DNA of 64,000 bases. Origin: Eukaryota sp. TZLM1-RC. Its lineage: Eukaryota > Protista > Metamonada: BaSk clade. The stretch covers positions 124,001-188,000 of the forward strand of contig JAUPSS010000001.1 in the NCBI GenBank assembly GCA_040285825.1, read 5' to 3'. The notes under the pieces are model-generated. The model did not search any database and had not been told where the DNA came from. It was given only the letters and a program-made list of their open reading frames with translations. Shown one piece after another: positions 1 to 14,306 of the stretch (positions within the stretch are counted from its first letter, which is position 1; the number at the start of each line of letters is the position of its first letter). Position numbers and translations under genes: made by a program.

Positions 1-700
1 TGTTCCCAGTCTCCAATCCAATAACTACTTGGATGGGATCACCAATTACTGATTTGAATCTCTGAATCATTTTTGCCTCAGATCTTGTGCGATTAATCTC
101 AGCCCACCATCTTAGTTTCCTAAATATTTTTTGATGATAGACTTCCCAAACAATTTTATTCACAAAATTCTTTTGTTTAATATACTCCATAAATCCATCA
201 AATCTGCAGCTTTTGGAATTGATTTGGGATGAAGTTGCTTCCCATTCTGCTACAGATTTAGTCGTGTGATCATTATTTCTCAAATTTAATGAGTAATCAA
301 TTTCGTGGGGAAATTGCTTTCTTGAGGTACTTTTCCTCTTAATAAACTAATTGTTCTTTCAGTCATTTGATTAATTATACTGCTGTTTAAACATTTTTTT
401 TCCAAATTGATTGGCAAAATGCTTAATATGAGCTGAATCAATTGAATTGAGCTGATTTGAAACAAAAACAAATTGATTTGTGAACAATATGGTGAATATT
501 CCACAATCATGCAAAGAAGTTTGAAAAAATTCAGGTATATTCTAGCTGATATTGATTCCAAGTTCGCTGAAATTCCTTTACTTCCGAATAGGAAGAAGCT
601 GCTATCAAATAAGATAATAGTCTTGTTTTTTGTAGCAGGCATCCACTGGTGTTCCCTCCAATCTTATATTCTTCAAGTGTACCCATCTTCTTGAAGTTGT
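1..700 (-). mobile_element. Fanzor1 (eukaryotic TnpB) pseudogene, family 3; runs off the left edge of the window
   Basis: Manual minus-strand translation of ~290..1 gives ..KSVAEWEATSSQINSKSCRFDGFMEYIKQKNFVNKIVWEVYHQKIFRKLRWWAEINRTRSEAKMIQRFKSVIGDPIQVVIG[frameshift]IGDWEQ. This is the FRKL..IN..R.E..MI..F....G.P..VVI.IGDW pattern of Fanzor1. The upstream boundary is approximate. Confidence 0.75.
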
Positions 701-869
701 CCATTTTGTTGACACTTTGCTTTCTGGCAAATTGGTATTTTCATTCATCTTTTGCTTTGGAAATTTTTCTACAAGTGCACATGATCTTTTACATTACTTT
801 TCATCATTAGCTGCCATGTTTGAGTTTTGTATTTAGACAGTTTGGTATATCTTTTTACACTAAATATTA

Positions 870-1455
870 ATTTATTTAATAAGGAATATGAAAACATGAA
901 ATACACAATTTAAACTCCACATCCTCAAAATCTGCCTCCCCTACATTAAAACAATTAATTGCTGAAGATTCAGAAAATTTCCCAAATGAAGAGAGTGAAT
1001 CAGCAATTAGTTTCACCATTCGCTTAAAAATAGAAAATACAATCCTGTTTTGCCAGTAAACACGATTGAAAATTCTTCCAGTTCTCTTTTTACAACTATG
1101 TCAAAATACTGGATGAAAGCCATAGCAGCCTTACCTTATGATCCAAGCAAGGAAGACAAAAGGGACATAAATTATTTTGGGCATGAGGATTTTCATTTAC
1201 AGAAGAAATGGATTTCGTATATTTAGCAATTTTCTATTTTTCGCCTGCAAAAAAAGGATTATTTACATCTGAGTTAACGAAATGTTCGTTAGAAGAATTA
1301 CAAGGGTCTATGGACATGGTGTCTCAAACAGTAAAACTAACATTCAAGCCGGGAACAACCAAATGACCTCTTGTCAGACTCATAGAAGCTCTGTTGTGGC
1401 GGGTACTATCAATATTGGGGTCATCAAGAATTAATTTTGGTAGCAACGGCTCAAA
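870..1455 (-). mobile_element. 3' fragment of CRE-like RLE non-LTR retrotransposon (same family as 47760-48795)
   Basis: Reverse complement matches 48210-48790 (RGDL..PGLNG, DPC, WQNRIVFS region and 3' UTR); broken by stops and frameshifts. Confidence 0.8.
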
Positions 1456-1623
1456 GTTTTGTTTATTTAATTGTAAATTTAGGTCGTCTCAAAAAAATTT
1501 CTGAAAAGTTTAAACTGTAAAGGGTCCACAACAAAAATAATCAAAAACAATGTTCCAATTTCAAGTTGAACTTCCTTCTCCTAGACTATCAGATTGACTA
1601 CAGTACCGCTTTTAGAAAAATTA

Positions 1624-4076
<2,453 letters not shown>

Positions 4077-4258
4077 TTAGTGATTAGTCATGCTGTGCTG
4101 GCAAAATATAATTGAATGACACAACAGGAAGTTGCTGAACCAATTTCCACATGGTTGTTATTCAATTAAACTCTATTCAGCACTTGACAATATGACACAA
4201 TATAATATAAGACATGGTTAACACCAAAAGAAGGGTATTTATTAAATAAAATACACAC

Positions 4259-6364
4259 TTATTCATTGTGATCATTAATAAATCGAACACAGTTTACTGC
4301 AAATAAGCTTTGGCATCTTGGACTGTTCAGTGAATGGCCTTCCTTCTCATATGTGAAACACTTAACTTCCTGTCCTCTTGACTTCAACATATGGTAAAGT
4401 GCTAAGGATTGATGAGGAGGAACTCTTTGGTCATTAAGACCCAAATGAAAGGCCACTGGAGTGGTGATTTGATCAAAAAAGTTGATGGGTGATCGTATAA
4501 TCAAATTATTGATCATTTGAATCGTAGGAAGTGCACTCACTGCAAATCCAGTTTCAACCAATGTCCAATTGGGTATGTCTGAAGTATTCAAATTGGAATA
4601 AAGGTCAACAACTGGATTGCGAACAATTGCAGAAGCAAACTCTTTTCCCCACTTACTGATCATGTGCAAGATAACAAACCCACCATGGGAACCTCCAATT
4701 AGGTGAATCTTCGTGTAATTTGGATGGGAGGAAGTGACTTTCTTTACAGCAGAGTAGGATTCATTGACATCAACGTCACCAATTCTGCCCGTAAGACTCT
4801 CTGAACACTGCTTACTGTAACCTGAGCTCCCTGGGTAATTTGGGATCAGAACAGATACTCCTGAGTCAAGAAGTGAAGCAATATAAGGTGTATAAGAACT
4901 CACTATCTGTGCTCTAGGTCCTCCATGAATAATTACAGCTAATGTGTTGGATTTAGGGAAAAGAGAACTGTTGTAGTTTGATTGTAATAACAATGAATGA
5001 AACAAATGACCATCTCTAGATTGATGGTTAATCAATTTGTGGGTAACTTTATTAGAATGTCTGAACACCGACACATTCCGACCTAAACCTACTGAAGAAG
5101 TTGGTGAAAGACAACTAGACATAATCAACAAATGAAATCTTGGTAGTGACCAGAATGAAGACTCCTTTATTAATAAAACATCATTAACAACTGAAATGAC
5201 TTCAGTGCTTGTTATCAAGTTCGTCTCCTCAAGACAGGAAAGTTCTGCCACTTGACCCGTTCTAACGCAAAGACGGAACACTGCTTTACGGAAGGGTAGT
5301 TCAGAGGTAAAGAAGATGAACAAACCATCGCTTGAATAACAAAAATAGGGCAAAACAGTAGTCCAAATGCCTTGAACTTTATTGTGATTAGCAGATTCAT
5401 TTGATTTAGATTTAGACACCGGCAATAACGTTTTGAAATCACGAATTTTGTGCTCATTGGTTAAATTAACTTGAATTAAGCTACAAATTCCTTGATGTAC
5501 TTCACCATCTCCCTTCAAATAAACAATCCTCTTCCCACATGGTGACCATCTAGGTGACCTGGCATTCTCAGCAGGAGGAGATATAGGGATGAGGGAAACA
5601 TGCTGCATAGGAGTAGATGGTAGTTGACAAAGATAAACTCGAGAGGGAGTGTTTGGGCAGCCATGAAAACCTCTGTTGGAACCCCCTCTTGTGAAGAGAG
5701 AAAGTGAGGAGAGAGCAATCATAGAACCATCTGGAGAGGGAACGGCGTCAACTGGGATAATGTCTTGTGTGGAGAGCTTAACCTGCCACGTGGACTTTGT
5801 TTCTAAATCACAGATCCACAGAGCAGGGTTCCTTGACTCAGATGACTCTCCTAGAGTTGGTTTGTGGATAAAGGCATCAAGGTTGTCAAGAAAGTCTTTG
5901 GGGAGGGTGGAAGGTTCATCTGCAACAAAAAGCAATTGGTGAGAGTTAATCCAGTGGAAGACACCTGATCGCACAAGAGGTCCAGTAGTATGGATTTTGG
6001 AAGATGTTGGGTGTGAGATAGAGAATAAATACCTAGTTGAATAAAAATCAAAAATATAATCAGAATCAACCTGACGAAGATAACAAAAGATACCATCACA
6101 ATTGGATTCAGAGAGAGAAAGGAATCCTGAGGGAGCGGGTGCGAAGGGTGAGGAGTTTAAAAACTCACCGTTTGATGTAGATGACACAGTTACATGCGAA
6201 ACAAAGGATGATGTTGTGTTAAGGTTTATGTCTTGCTGCTCCTCGCAAAGAAGTACCTTGGCTGTTATTGATTCCATGCTACGGTCAACAGAAAGCGTAG
6301 CAGTAGATGGTATAGGATGGGAGAATAAGTCACGACAAAAGGCTTTACATCTATTAAGGTCCAT
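4259..6364 (-). CDS. APEH: Acylaminoacyl-peptidase (S9C prolyl oligopeptidase family), ~701 aa from the ATG at 6364
   Basis: IHGGP, GGSHGG nucleophile, DQRVP Asp and GHSL His. The ORF-track TTG start at 6484 lies inside a Fanzor repeat, so the ATG at 6364 is preferred. Confidence 0.9.
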   Translation of the reverse strand: MDLNRCKAFCRDLFSHPIPSTATLSVDRSMESITAKVLLCEEQQDINLNTTSSFVSHVTVSSTSNGEFLNSSPFAPAPSGFLSLSESNCDGIFCYLRQVDSDYIFDFYSTRYLFSISHPTSSKIHTTGPLVRSGVFHWINSHQLLFVADEPSTLPKDFLDNLDAFIHKPTLGESSESRNPALWICDLETKSTWQVKLSTQDIIPVDAVPSPDGSMIALSSLSLFTRGGSNRGFHGCPNTPSRVYLCQLPSTPMQHVSLIPISPPAENARSPRWSPCGKRIVYLKGDGEVHQGICSLIQVNLTNEHKIRDFKTLLPVSKSKSNESANHNKVQGIWTTVLPYFCYSSDGLFIFFTSELPFRKAVFRLCVRTGQVAELSCLEETNLITSTEVISVVNDVLLIKESSFWSLPRFHLLIMSSCLSPTSSVGLGRNVSVFRHSNKVTHKLINHQSRDGHLFHSLLLQSNYNSSLFPKSNTLAVIIHGGPRAQIVSSYTPYIASLLDSGVSVLIPNYPGSSGYSKQCSESLTGRIGDVDVNESYSAVKKVTSSHPNYTKIHLIGGSHGGFVILHMISKWGKEFASAIVRNPVVDLYSNLNTSDIPNWTLVETGFAVSALPTIQMINNLIIRSPINFFDQITTPVAFHLGLNDQRVPPHQSLALYHMLKSRGQEVKCFTYEKEGHSLNSPRCQSLFAVNCVRFINDHNE

Positions 6365-6453
6365 TGTTACAGATTTGACAAAGAGGGAAGGAGTTGAAGA
6401 CTCTTCAATGAAAGAAGAGTTTTTTCTATTACTTTTTGAGTCATTTTTTTTTG

Positions 6454-6751
6454 AGTTTTCATTTGAAATGGATACTTTCGTCAAGCATCATTCAAACTTA
6501 TTCCAAGAACTTTCATTCTTGGTGAGATCGTCCACAGACGTTCTAGAATCCTCGAATAATGGACCACCACTCTCAGTGAGCCCATTTCTCCTCTAGAACA
6601 ATACGTAGCTGTGAAGCTAGTTTCTTTGTGGTCTCTGCGATGCTTCTGGTCTTGTTCCATAGTAGTGCTCACTAATTGCAATTGATTTAATTGCTGATTT
6701 AGTGATGCAGAAATGTCTCTAGACCATGATTGATTACATTGCGAACAACTG
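6454..6751 (-). mobile_element. Fanzor family 1 3'-end remnant (copy A): zinc finger/RuvC-III coding end plus putative omegaRNA
   Basis: CSQCNQSWSRDISASLNQ (CxxC..RD.xA.xN); near-identical to 43860-44155 and similar to 34245-34534. Confidence 0.85.
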
Positions 6752-6779
6752 TTATTTTTTTGTTTTTGCATACGAGTGG

Positions 6780-7200
6780 AAGAAGTTAAGCTTCCACGAC
6801 ACAAGATCATCAGCAAAAAGCTGCTGGTAGTTGCCTTGCAGATGGTGGCAGTTTGCATCCACTAATTGTTGGAGAGGCCTACTAGTGGGTAGCGCATGAT
6901 TACGACCTGTTCTTGACAAGAACAAGACAGCAAGCGGCCATGATGTAGAGATTCGCTCGAGCTTCTCATACACATGGCCTTTGCAAGGTCTGTTGAATGG
7001 TTGTCTGACTTTTGAATCAGAGATTTGCCACAAAGTCAATACACTTGATCCAGAATTGATGGTGAGTCAGGAAATGACTGTCTTCAGGGAAACGTACAGC
7101 AAAAACTCCAGGTGAACCATGATGGTCACCTTGGTCAGCTGTCCATCAACATAGTCACATACTGGCTGCTCAAAGAACTGATGAAAGGAGCAGGCACGTG
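6780..7200 (+). mobile_element. Possible highly degraded non-LTR reverse transcriptase fragment
   Basis: One frame reads LADGGSLHPLIVGEAY, resembling the K.DGG.RPIAVGE RT motif; otherwise broken. Confidence 0.3.
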
Positions 7201-8174
7201 TCCATGACTGTATAGAGCTTACTGAAAATGGCAGGTGCAGACAATGAGAAATGATTGATTTTTCAGTTTCAGTTACTTTTAAGATTTGGTTTATTTTCAA
7301 CTCCTTACATCCACAAAACAATAAAACATGTTAAATGTACCATGTAGCGAGAATTTTTTGACTAAAAGTGAATCTATGTCGCTGATCAATCATAATCAGC
7401 TGCTCCAAAGAATACAAAAAACCCTGTTTTAAAAATACAGCAAGAATAAAAGCAAACCTAAAAACTACTGTATCTGTATTCCCAGGTGTGTAAACAAACC
7501 TTAATAATCCTGATAAAAATAAATGAATTCCATTTTATTGCCAATAATATGGATCAAGGAAAGTTGCAGAATCAGCTGTTGTTCTGAGAAATCAGTCATG
7601 ACAAGTGTTACAAAAATTGATGAAGATGCTTAAGCCTGCACTGATAGATTTAATTTAATAGGTAGAGTAACAAAACAGGTAGAATTTTTAAAAGGTAGAA
7701 TGTTTTTTTGTGTTGGTTAATTGAGATTGGTAACTGCAACAAAGTGCCAGGGAAAAGGAGGAAGGAGAAAAGTAGTTCAAAAAAGCTGTTTGACAAAACC
7801 CACGAATTAATCATTGTTTATAGAAACAGGAAATGAAATAATGATATATTAAATACGCTTTATTAATAACAAAAACACACTTTTTTGTATTAACAATGAA
7901 CATGATATACTGAGCTTAAAACATTTTCAAACCACCTCGCATGGTGTTTTTCGATGATTCTGCTCCATCAGAGAATCATTGCAGGATTCTTTTACAGAAA
8001 AGTTGCGGTACGAGCAATTGAGAGCTTGAAATGCTTATTCTTTACAGATGGCTTTCATGTTAGACTTTAGAATGAGCAATCTATTCATCAATAAAATGCA
8101 ACAACTTGCATCTTTTACTGTTGCATAAACTTCAAAAGGAAAGGATTCAACCAATATATCTAAAATTTGACAAT

Positions 8175-8560
8175 TGTTGCCTTAAGTCTTAGGGATAAAG
8201 GAAAGTTGATTTGTTTTAAAAGCCTTAAAACACCAGCACTGCTTCTTTTTATTTTCAAAATAAATCAGCTTATATGAATATGGAAAAAAAAATTATTAAG
8301 AAATAACTAAATAATTATAAACATCGATACTTAGCTTCGCTTCCTAATTCTATAGCTACCGCTAGGGCACTTAGGGGCTGTACACTTATTGGAGGTTCCT
8401 TGACGTTGACTAGTGGTACGTTTACCAATTTTCTTATTATTCTAACTAAACAACTTGTAAGCTTTTAAATGTTTAACTGAATGGAGTGAATCTTCTCTTG
8501 TCTCACCCCCAAACCATTGAACAGTACAGATACGGACTGAGGCAGAGTTATATTTTGCGA
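8175..8560 (-). mobile_element. 3' end of a Ty3/Gypsy chromodomain element: 64-bp LTR (8175-8238), PPT, and integrase-chromodomain tail
   Basis: TGTTGCCTTAAG...AAAAGCCTTAAAACACCAGCA followed by CTGCTTCTTTTT, as at 11832; 8300-8560 is homologous to 11900-12092 plus 14320-14380 (CTVQWFGGE..SLHSVKH..AYKLFS). Confidence 0.75.
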
Positions 8561-9047
8561 GGTTTGAATAGTTCTGGTTTTCATTTTTTCTCTCAAATCC
8601 AAACCCAAATAAAACAGTTTTGGAAGGAAATTTTCAACTTTTTGTTTTCTGACAGAAATTGTTCAATTCAACTCAAGTTACTTAATTACCTAATACAATT
8701 TTCTCAAAAATCTTTAACAATAGTACTAAAAGGTAATCACCCATTTTCTGCAAATATCATCATTTTTTCCTCAATTCACACGACTATATAGACATCTTTT
8801 TTAGCCCAGCATAACCCAGGCTTTCATAAACTCTTGTTCTTTGGTTTTATAAGTTTCATGTATACTCAAATGAATGCTACTTCATTTTTTCAAACACAGC
8901 AAGCTAGCTATGTTTTGCCAGTTAGAGCATAACGATTTTTAGCAAATAAAAATTAAACAACACGTATGCTTTTGACATTTAATTTGAACTAACTGTATTT
9001 AAAACCATTTCCACCATCTACACAACTAACCACTTAATCCTCCTTAT

Positions 9048-10127
9048 ATGCTTGCCAAACCCCCAGTACTTAAGTATACTGGACATCGCTTCTTCGATAT
9101 CAGAATATGTACAGCTGTACTTGCTCGCCGACCTATTGTAATTGATCGAATCAGAGATGATGACGAAGCCCCTGGATTAACAGATGGTGAAGTCCTCCTA
9201 CTTCGTTTGATTGAACGACTCACCAACAACACAACTGTCAGAATCAATATTACTGGTACTAGGGTCTTCGTTAAGCCAGGTATCATTATTGGAGGTTCAT
9301 TTACCTTTGACACGTCAGCACATAGGTCAATGGGGTATTACATTCCTTCAATATTGCTGCTGTCAGCCTTTAGCAAACAACCTACCGAGGTTGTACTTTC
9401 TGGAATAACTGATGGTTTGGATGATGATCCATCTGTTGAGTATTTTGTTCAATCAATAGTTCCATTAGTTCAACAATTTGGTTTAGACTTTGCAAGAATT
9501 CAAGTGAAGTCCAGGGGGTTTCCTCCACTGGGCGGAGGAGAGGTCATTGTTTCTGGACGACCTGTCCGTGAGTTGACACCTATTAGCTACCTTAAGAGGG
9601 GAGAGATTAAGCAAGTAAGAGGAACTGTCACTGCTTGTAGAATATCACCTGCTGTGCCCTCTAGATTGATCCTAACGGCAAGAGAGCAACTCTCACAGAA
9701 GTTTTCCGATGTTTACATCTCTACTAACCATGTTAAAGGAGCTGAAGCTGGTAGATCCCCTGGAGCTTCCATTTGCCTCACTGCTGAATCGAAAAAGGGT
9801 TCTCTACTCTCTGTCTGGGCTTCTCTGGGTCCTGGTCAAGCACCTGAAGAACTGTCAGAGCTTGCCGGCAAGAAGCTTCGACACTTAGTCAAACAAGGAG
9901 GAGTCATTGATAGCCATGCTCAGCCATGGACTCTGTTGTTGATGTTGTTTTGTAAAACCAGTAGAAGCACAGTCAAGCTTAGTCATGTCTCTCGGCGTGG
10001 TCTTGAAGTTATTTCTCTGGCACAAAGTACTTTTGGTATCAACTTTGAAATCAAGGAGGAAAGTGATCACGTGTTGGTTTCTGTTTTAGGATTGGGATTA
10101 CCAAATTATGCCCGTGTATCTTGTTAG
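9048..10127 (+). CDS. RCL1: RNA 3'-terminal phosphate cyclase-like protein (18S rRNA biogenesis)
   Basis: IR.DDE.PGL...E..LLRL, RGFPPLGGGEV and SPG motifs. Confidence 0.93.
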   Translation: MLAKPPVLKYTGHRFFDIRICTAVLARRPIVIDRIRDDDEAPGLTDGEVLLLRLIERLTNNTTVRINITGTRVFVKPGIIIGGSFTFDTSAHRSMGYYIPSILLLSAFSKQPTEVVLSGITDGLDDDPSVEYFVQSIVPLVQQFGLDFARIQVKSRGFPPLGGGEVIVSGRPVRELTPISYLKRGEIKQVRGTVTACRISPAVPSRLILTAREQLSQKFSDVYISTNHVKGAEAGRSPGASICLTAESKKGSLLSVWASLGPGQAPEELSELAGKKLRHLVKQGGVIDSHAQPWTLLLMLFCKTSRSTVKLSHVSRRGLEVISLAQSTFGINFEIKEESDHVLVSVLGLGLPNYARVSC

Positions 10128-10197
10128 TTTTTTTTAATTTGAAATAGCTAAACTTTATAGTGAAACATTACATATACAATCATTTATATAAATAATA

Positions 10198-11004
10198 TTA
10201 AGCTACTTTTCTAGACAACAAAGCATTACGAAGATCGGTGATCATGGCGTCTCTCTTGATTTCTGGTGCTTCTCTGTGCAAAGAGGTCAAAATGTCACGT
10301 GATCGATCAAAATAAACACCTTCCAACTGATCTCTCATCATATTCTCCATGTTTTCTACCATACTGCCCATGTTCGATACATGAGTATGGATACCACTGA
10401 CAGCCATGGTACTGCTGTTCTTTCGAGTAAGAGTTCCTTCCAGGTCGAGCTGCCCAGTCTTGGTGCTGGTGGTCTTCAGGGTTAACAGAATGGTGGAATC
10501 CAATTGGTAATGAAATTTCTTATGTTCCTTTGGCGTAATGGTAAAAACATGGACAGAGTCCCAATTGCCGAGACTAATTGGGGAATCAGGGTCGACTTCC
10601 TTCTTGATAAGGACACAAGCACCAATTCCTCCGTCAACTTGGTCATGTTCCCACAGATAAACAGAAGAATAACCCCCTTCAAAGTAAAGATGGCGGTAAG
10701 TGTCAAAGGCATCATTTGCGGCAACCTCGATTTTGCGGATAGCTTCAGATGGCCTCACACCATCGGGAAGATCAGGGAAGTAGTCGTTGGAGAAGGGGGA
10801 TCGATGAGAATCTCCATCACGGTTGAAATCACAACACAGGAATTGTTTGTTGGCCGTAGAATCGTTCTTGAGAACGAGTGGTTGATCCACTAAGGGAAGT
10901 AACTGTACAGCAGCTTCATCCGAAATAAGCTCAAGTACATTATCAAGATGTGTTTGAACCTCCGATGGTGGGAGTCTTTGAAGTAAACTGAGGGCAGGTT
11001 CCAT
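10198..11004 (-). CDS. CAPZB: F-actin capping protein beta subunit
   Basis: LLQRLPP, CDFNRDGDSHRSP, YFEGGYSSVYLW, WDSVHV, H..NMG.MVENME. Confidence 0.96.
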   Translation of the reverse strand: MEPALSLLQRLPPSEVQTHLDNVLELISDEAAVQLLPLVDQPLVLKNDSTANKQFLCCDFNRDGDSHRSPFSNDYFPDLPDGVRPSEAIRKIEVAANDAFDTYRHLYFEGGYSSVYLWEHDQVDGGIGACVLIKKEVDPDSPISLGNWDSVHVFTITPKEHKKFHYQLDSTILLTLKTTSTKTGQLDLEGTLTRKNSSTMAVSGIHTHVSNMGSMVENMENMMRDQLEGVYFDRSRDILTSLHREAPEIKRDAMITDLRNALLSRKVA

Positions 11005-11750
11005 TCTTATAGATAAATATGTGAAGCTTCAAATTGTGAGAATTAAAAAACATAAATTGTAAAATCTTTTGTCTTCATTCCGTTTACAATTTCGATTTTT
11101 GGAAGAATTGGTAAGATAGGTCAAAAGTTTCTTGATTTTTTTGCCAAGTTATGTTTTGAACGTAACAGATTATTTAACATCTCCATTTGGCGTAATAGAA
11201 GCATCTTTGCTTTATTTCGAAGCTTTCCCAAATACTTGCCTCAGATATTCAAAAAGTTATATAGAAGTGTATGGGTAGATGTGATGAATTTTTCTTCTTA
11301 TAAGTTTCAGCTCTTAGCTGTATGTTGTCACTCTATAATAATAATAAATAAATTGTAAATATTTTATTACTTTTAGAAGCAAGGTTCACGATGCTGTAAG
11401 AGACCAGTTATATTGTATGTGTAAATCTCATAGAATTGAATCCTTCTTGGAACCTCTATTGTTAAATCTGTTTGATGCTGAAGATGATTTTCATAAGAAT
11501 AATAGAAGTGATGTAATATTACCTGGATTAGATGGAAGCTTCATTTTGTTGGATGTAATGTCTGTTGATCCTTGTAATGCCTCAAATGAAAGGCTTGTTA
11601 TTTCTGACATTCATAATCCTCTTTCAAATACTGAAAATTTCAAAATCAAAAAATACAATGAACCTTTATCCAAATTGTCCAACCAACAACATGCAAAATA
11701 AAATTTCTGTATGCATTTGTATTTTTTCTATTTGGCTCATTTGCTCCCAC

Positions 11751-11831
11751 TGTTGCCTCAGGTTGCAAAAGTGGCTGAGATAAAGATAATTTATTTTCTA
11801 TTCATATTATAAAAGCCTAAAGGCGCAAATA
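11751..11831 (-). repeat. 3' LTR (81 bp)
   Basis: 6 mismatches versus 18530-18610. Confidence 0.9.
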
Positions 11832-12098
11832 CTGCTTCTTCCCCTTTTTCAAAGTTAATAGGCCTATATAAATATGAACTAAACTATTACAAATAACTAA
11901 ATAACTACAAATAATCTAAACTAAACTAAAATAAGAATTAGCATCATTTCCTAATTCTAGTACTGCTTCTAGGCCTCTTGTAAGGCGTAGAGTTATTGGA
12001 GGTACTTTTACGTGGACCAGTAGTACATTTTCTAATTTTCTTGTTATTCCTACTGAACAACTTGTAAGCTTCTGAATGTTGAACTGAATGGAGAGGTT

Positions 12099-14306
12099 TT
12101 AAGAAGTTCTCGTTTGACTGCACTTGTCAAAAATTCAAAAATGGATGTTCGCCCTATTGCAGTCTCTGAGAGCTTACATAATATTTTTTCTGCGTGTTGC
12201 TTAAGCAGGTTCAATGAAAAAGCTAAAAAGATTTTATTACCCTTTCAATATGGTATAAATACTACAGATGGAGTCTCTTCAGCGATTTTTGCTACTGATG
12301 TCTTATTTCGTCAAAATGAATCCAATGTTTGCATGTCATTGGATTTTAGTAATGCTTTCAATTCGCTAAGTCGTCGCAGTATCCATGGTGCTCTATTGCA
12401 ATATATGCCAGAATTAATACCATATTTTCAATCAACATATTGCACATATTCTAATTTACATTTTGGTAACAACATTTTGATTTCATCAAGTGGCGTAAAA
12501 GCAAGGAGATCCGTTAGGACCTCTTTTGTTTTGTTTGGCCATTCATCCTATTCTACTGCAAATTCAAGAGATGTTTCCTTCACTAAAAATGATTGCATAT
12601 ATGGATAATGTTGTGCTTATTGGTGAATTAAATATTGTGAAAAAAGCAACTGTATGTTTTAAAGAATTATTTACCAAAATTGGTCTCCGACTTAATTTAC
12701 TTAAATGTGTTTTGTTATCGAATTCTCCAGTTTCCACAATAATTGATGATATTGAAATTCAAGCCAAATTATATTCAATTGATGCTATTCGTCATTTGGG
12801 TTCGTTTTTAGGAAATAATGATGAAATTACCAAAAAAATTGTTTGAAAAGTTGAACTCAATTTCTGACAAAATTGACCGAATGATGAATTTAGATATAAA
12901 AAAACACATCAAATTTACCATTATAAGACTGTGTTTTAGTTCCAATTTTAATCATATATTTCGATCTACAAATCCTCTCGTCACTAGACCTTTGGCTCAA
13001 AAAGTTTAATGAGTTACGTGCAAAAGTTCTGTCTCAATTACTGGGATGTAAAATGTTTCCAAATTCCAGATCATGCTTACCTTAGTCCACAATATGGTGG
13101 TTTAGGGTGGACGAAGGCTTCTATTCTTACCTCGTGTGCTTTTTGTTGGTGGATGCAGAAATGCAATCTTTGAGTTCTCCGAAAGATTTGCAGATTGGGA
13201 AGATTTATTGATGACAACGCAAAGTTCCACTGTTTTTGCATTAAATGAAGAAATTTCAAGAATTGATGTAGAAAAATGGGGTCGATGTTTTCCCCAATCA
13301 TTCAATGGCAATATTCCAGAAAAAAATGTTTTAAATTTGAAGTATACTCTTCGAACATTACAGAAAAAGATTGACTGGAATGTATGAAAAAGATCTTTAT
13401 AATAATATTTGCAGCTCGGCTGTTTTAAATCAAGATCTTCACTCATTGTTATTGGAAAAGGGTGTTTGTGAAAACAAGGTGTCAGATTCTTCACTTTTTG
13501 TAACCATTGTACCACGAAGATTTGGATTGTGTGCTACTAATGAAGCATTTGTAACAAAAATGAGATTATATTTGAACATCCCCATTAACCAATTATTATC
13601 AAAAGAAAAATGTATTTGTTCGAATTCACCTCAACTCACTTTGCGCCATGCTCTAAATTGCTCTAAATTGATAACTTATCGTTCTTCATTACATGATGCT
13701 GTTAGAGACATTGTTTTCAATATGGCACAAACTGCAAGGATATCGTGTATCAAAGAGCCCCTGCTGAAAGAAACACTTTCTCTGAATAATTTTGGTTCTG
13801 ATGATAGAGGTGATGTATACTGTGATTGGATTGATAATTCTGAAGCTATTGTTGACTTTGTCTCATGTAATGTTGCAAACGATACTTTGGTTCACAGAAG
13901 AAAACTTAATCCAGTGGCTGCTCTGGATTTTAAAGCAAAAGAAAAACATAGAAAATATGATAAAGAAATTGAAGATGCAAATATCGATAGAAATACACAG
14001 CTGGTTTTTATTGCTTTCCCATTTTCGATAAATGGAAGATTATCAGTTGAAGCAGAAACTTTTTTGGATGACTTCCAAAAAATGGTGAAAGAAAAAACAA
14101 TGAAAAGATTTGATATTTTTTTATGGCGTTCACGGATTCAATTTGCCATTATTAATAGATTACCGCGGTTTTTCAATCGAATTAGAGAAGCTTTAGCTAG
14201 ACAGCAAGCAAATCAAGATTTTGTAGAGGAAATCTTGGTTTAATGATAGTCGTCCCATTAGTTATGATTTAATTTAATCAAGTGTGCAAATTCAATAAAT
14301 TAATTA
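12099..14306 (+). mobile_element. 5'-truncated CRE-like RT-RLE non-LTR retrotransposon nested in the Gypsy chromodomain, 12-bp TSD AATGGAGAGGTT
   Basis: RPIAVSE, LDFSNAFN, SSGVKQGDP (frameshifted) and AYMDN RT motifs; CIC..HALNC..HD..EP..RGD..D..K..KY RLE domain; TSD at 12087-12098 and 14307-14318. Confidence 0.93.

Noticed and set aside
6365-6484. N-terminal extension of APEH from TTG 6484 (likewise the 49507 and 34641 starts)
   Set aside because: These are non-ATG starts in or near Fanzor tails and are ORF-caller artefacts.
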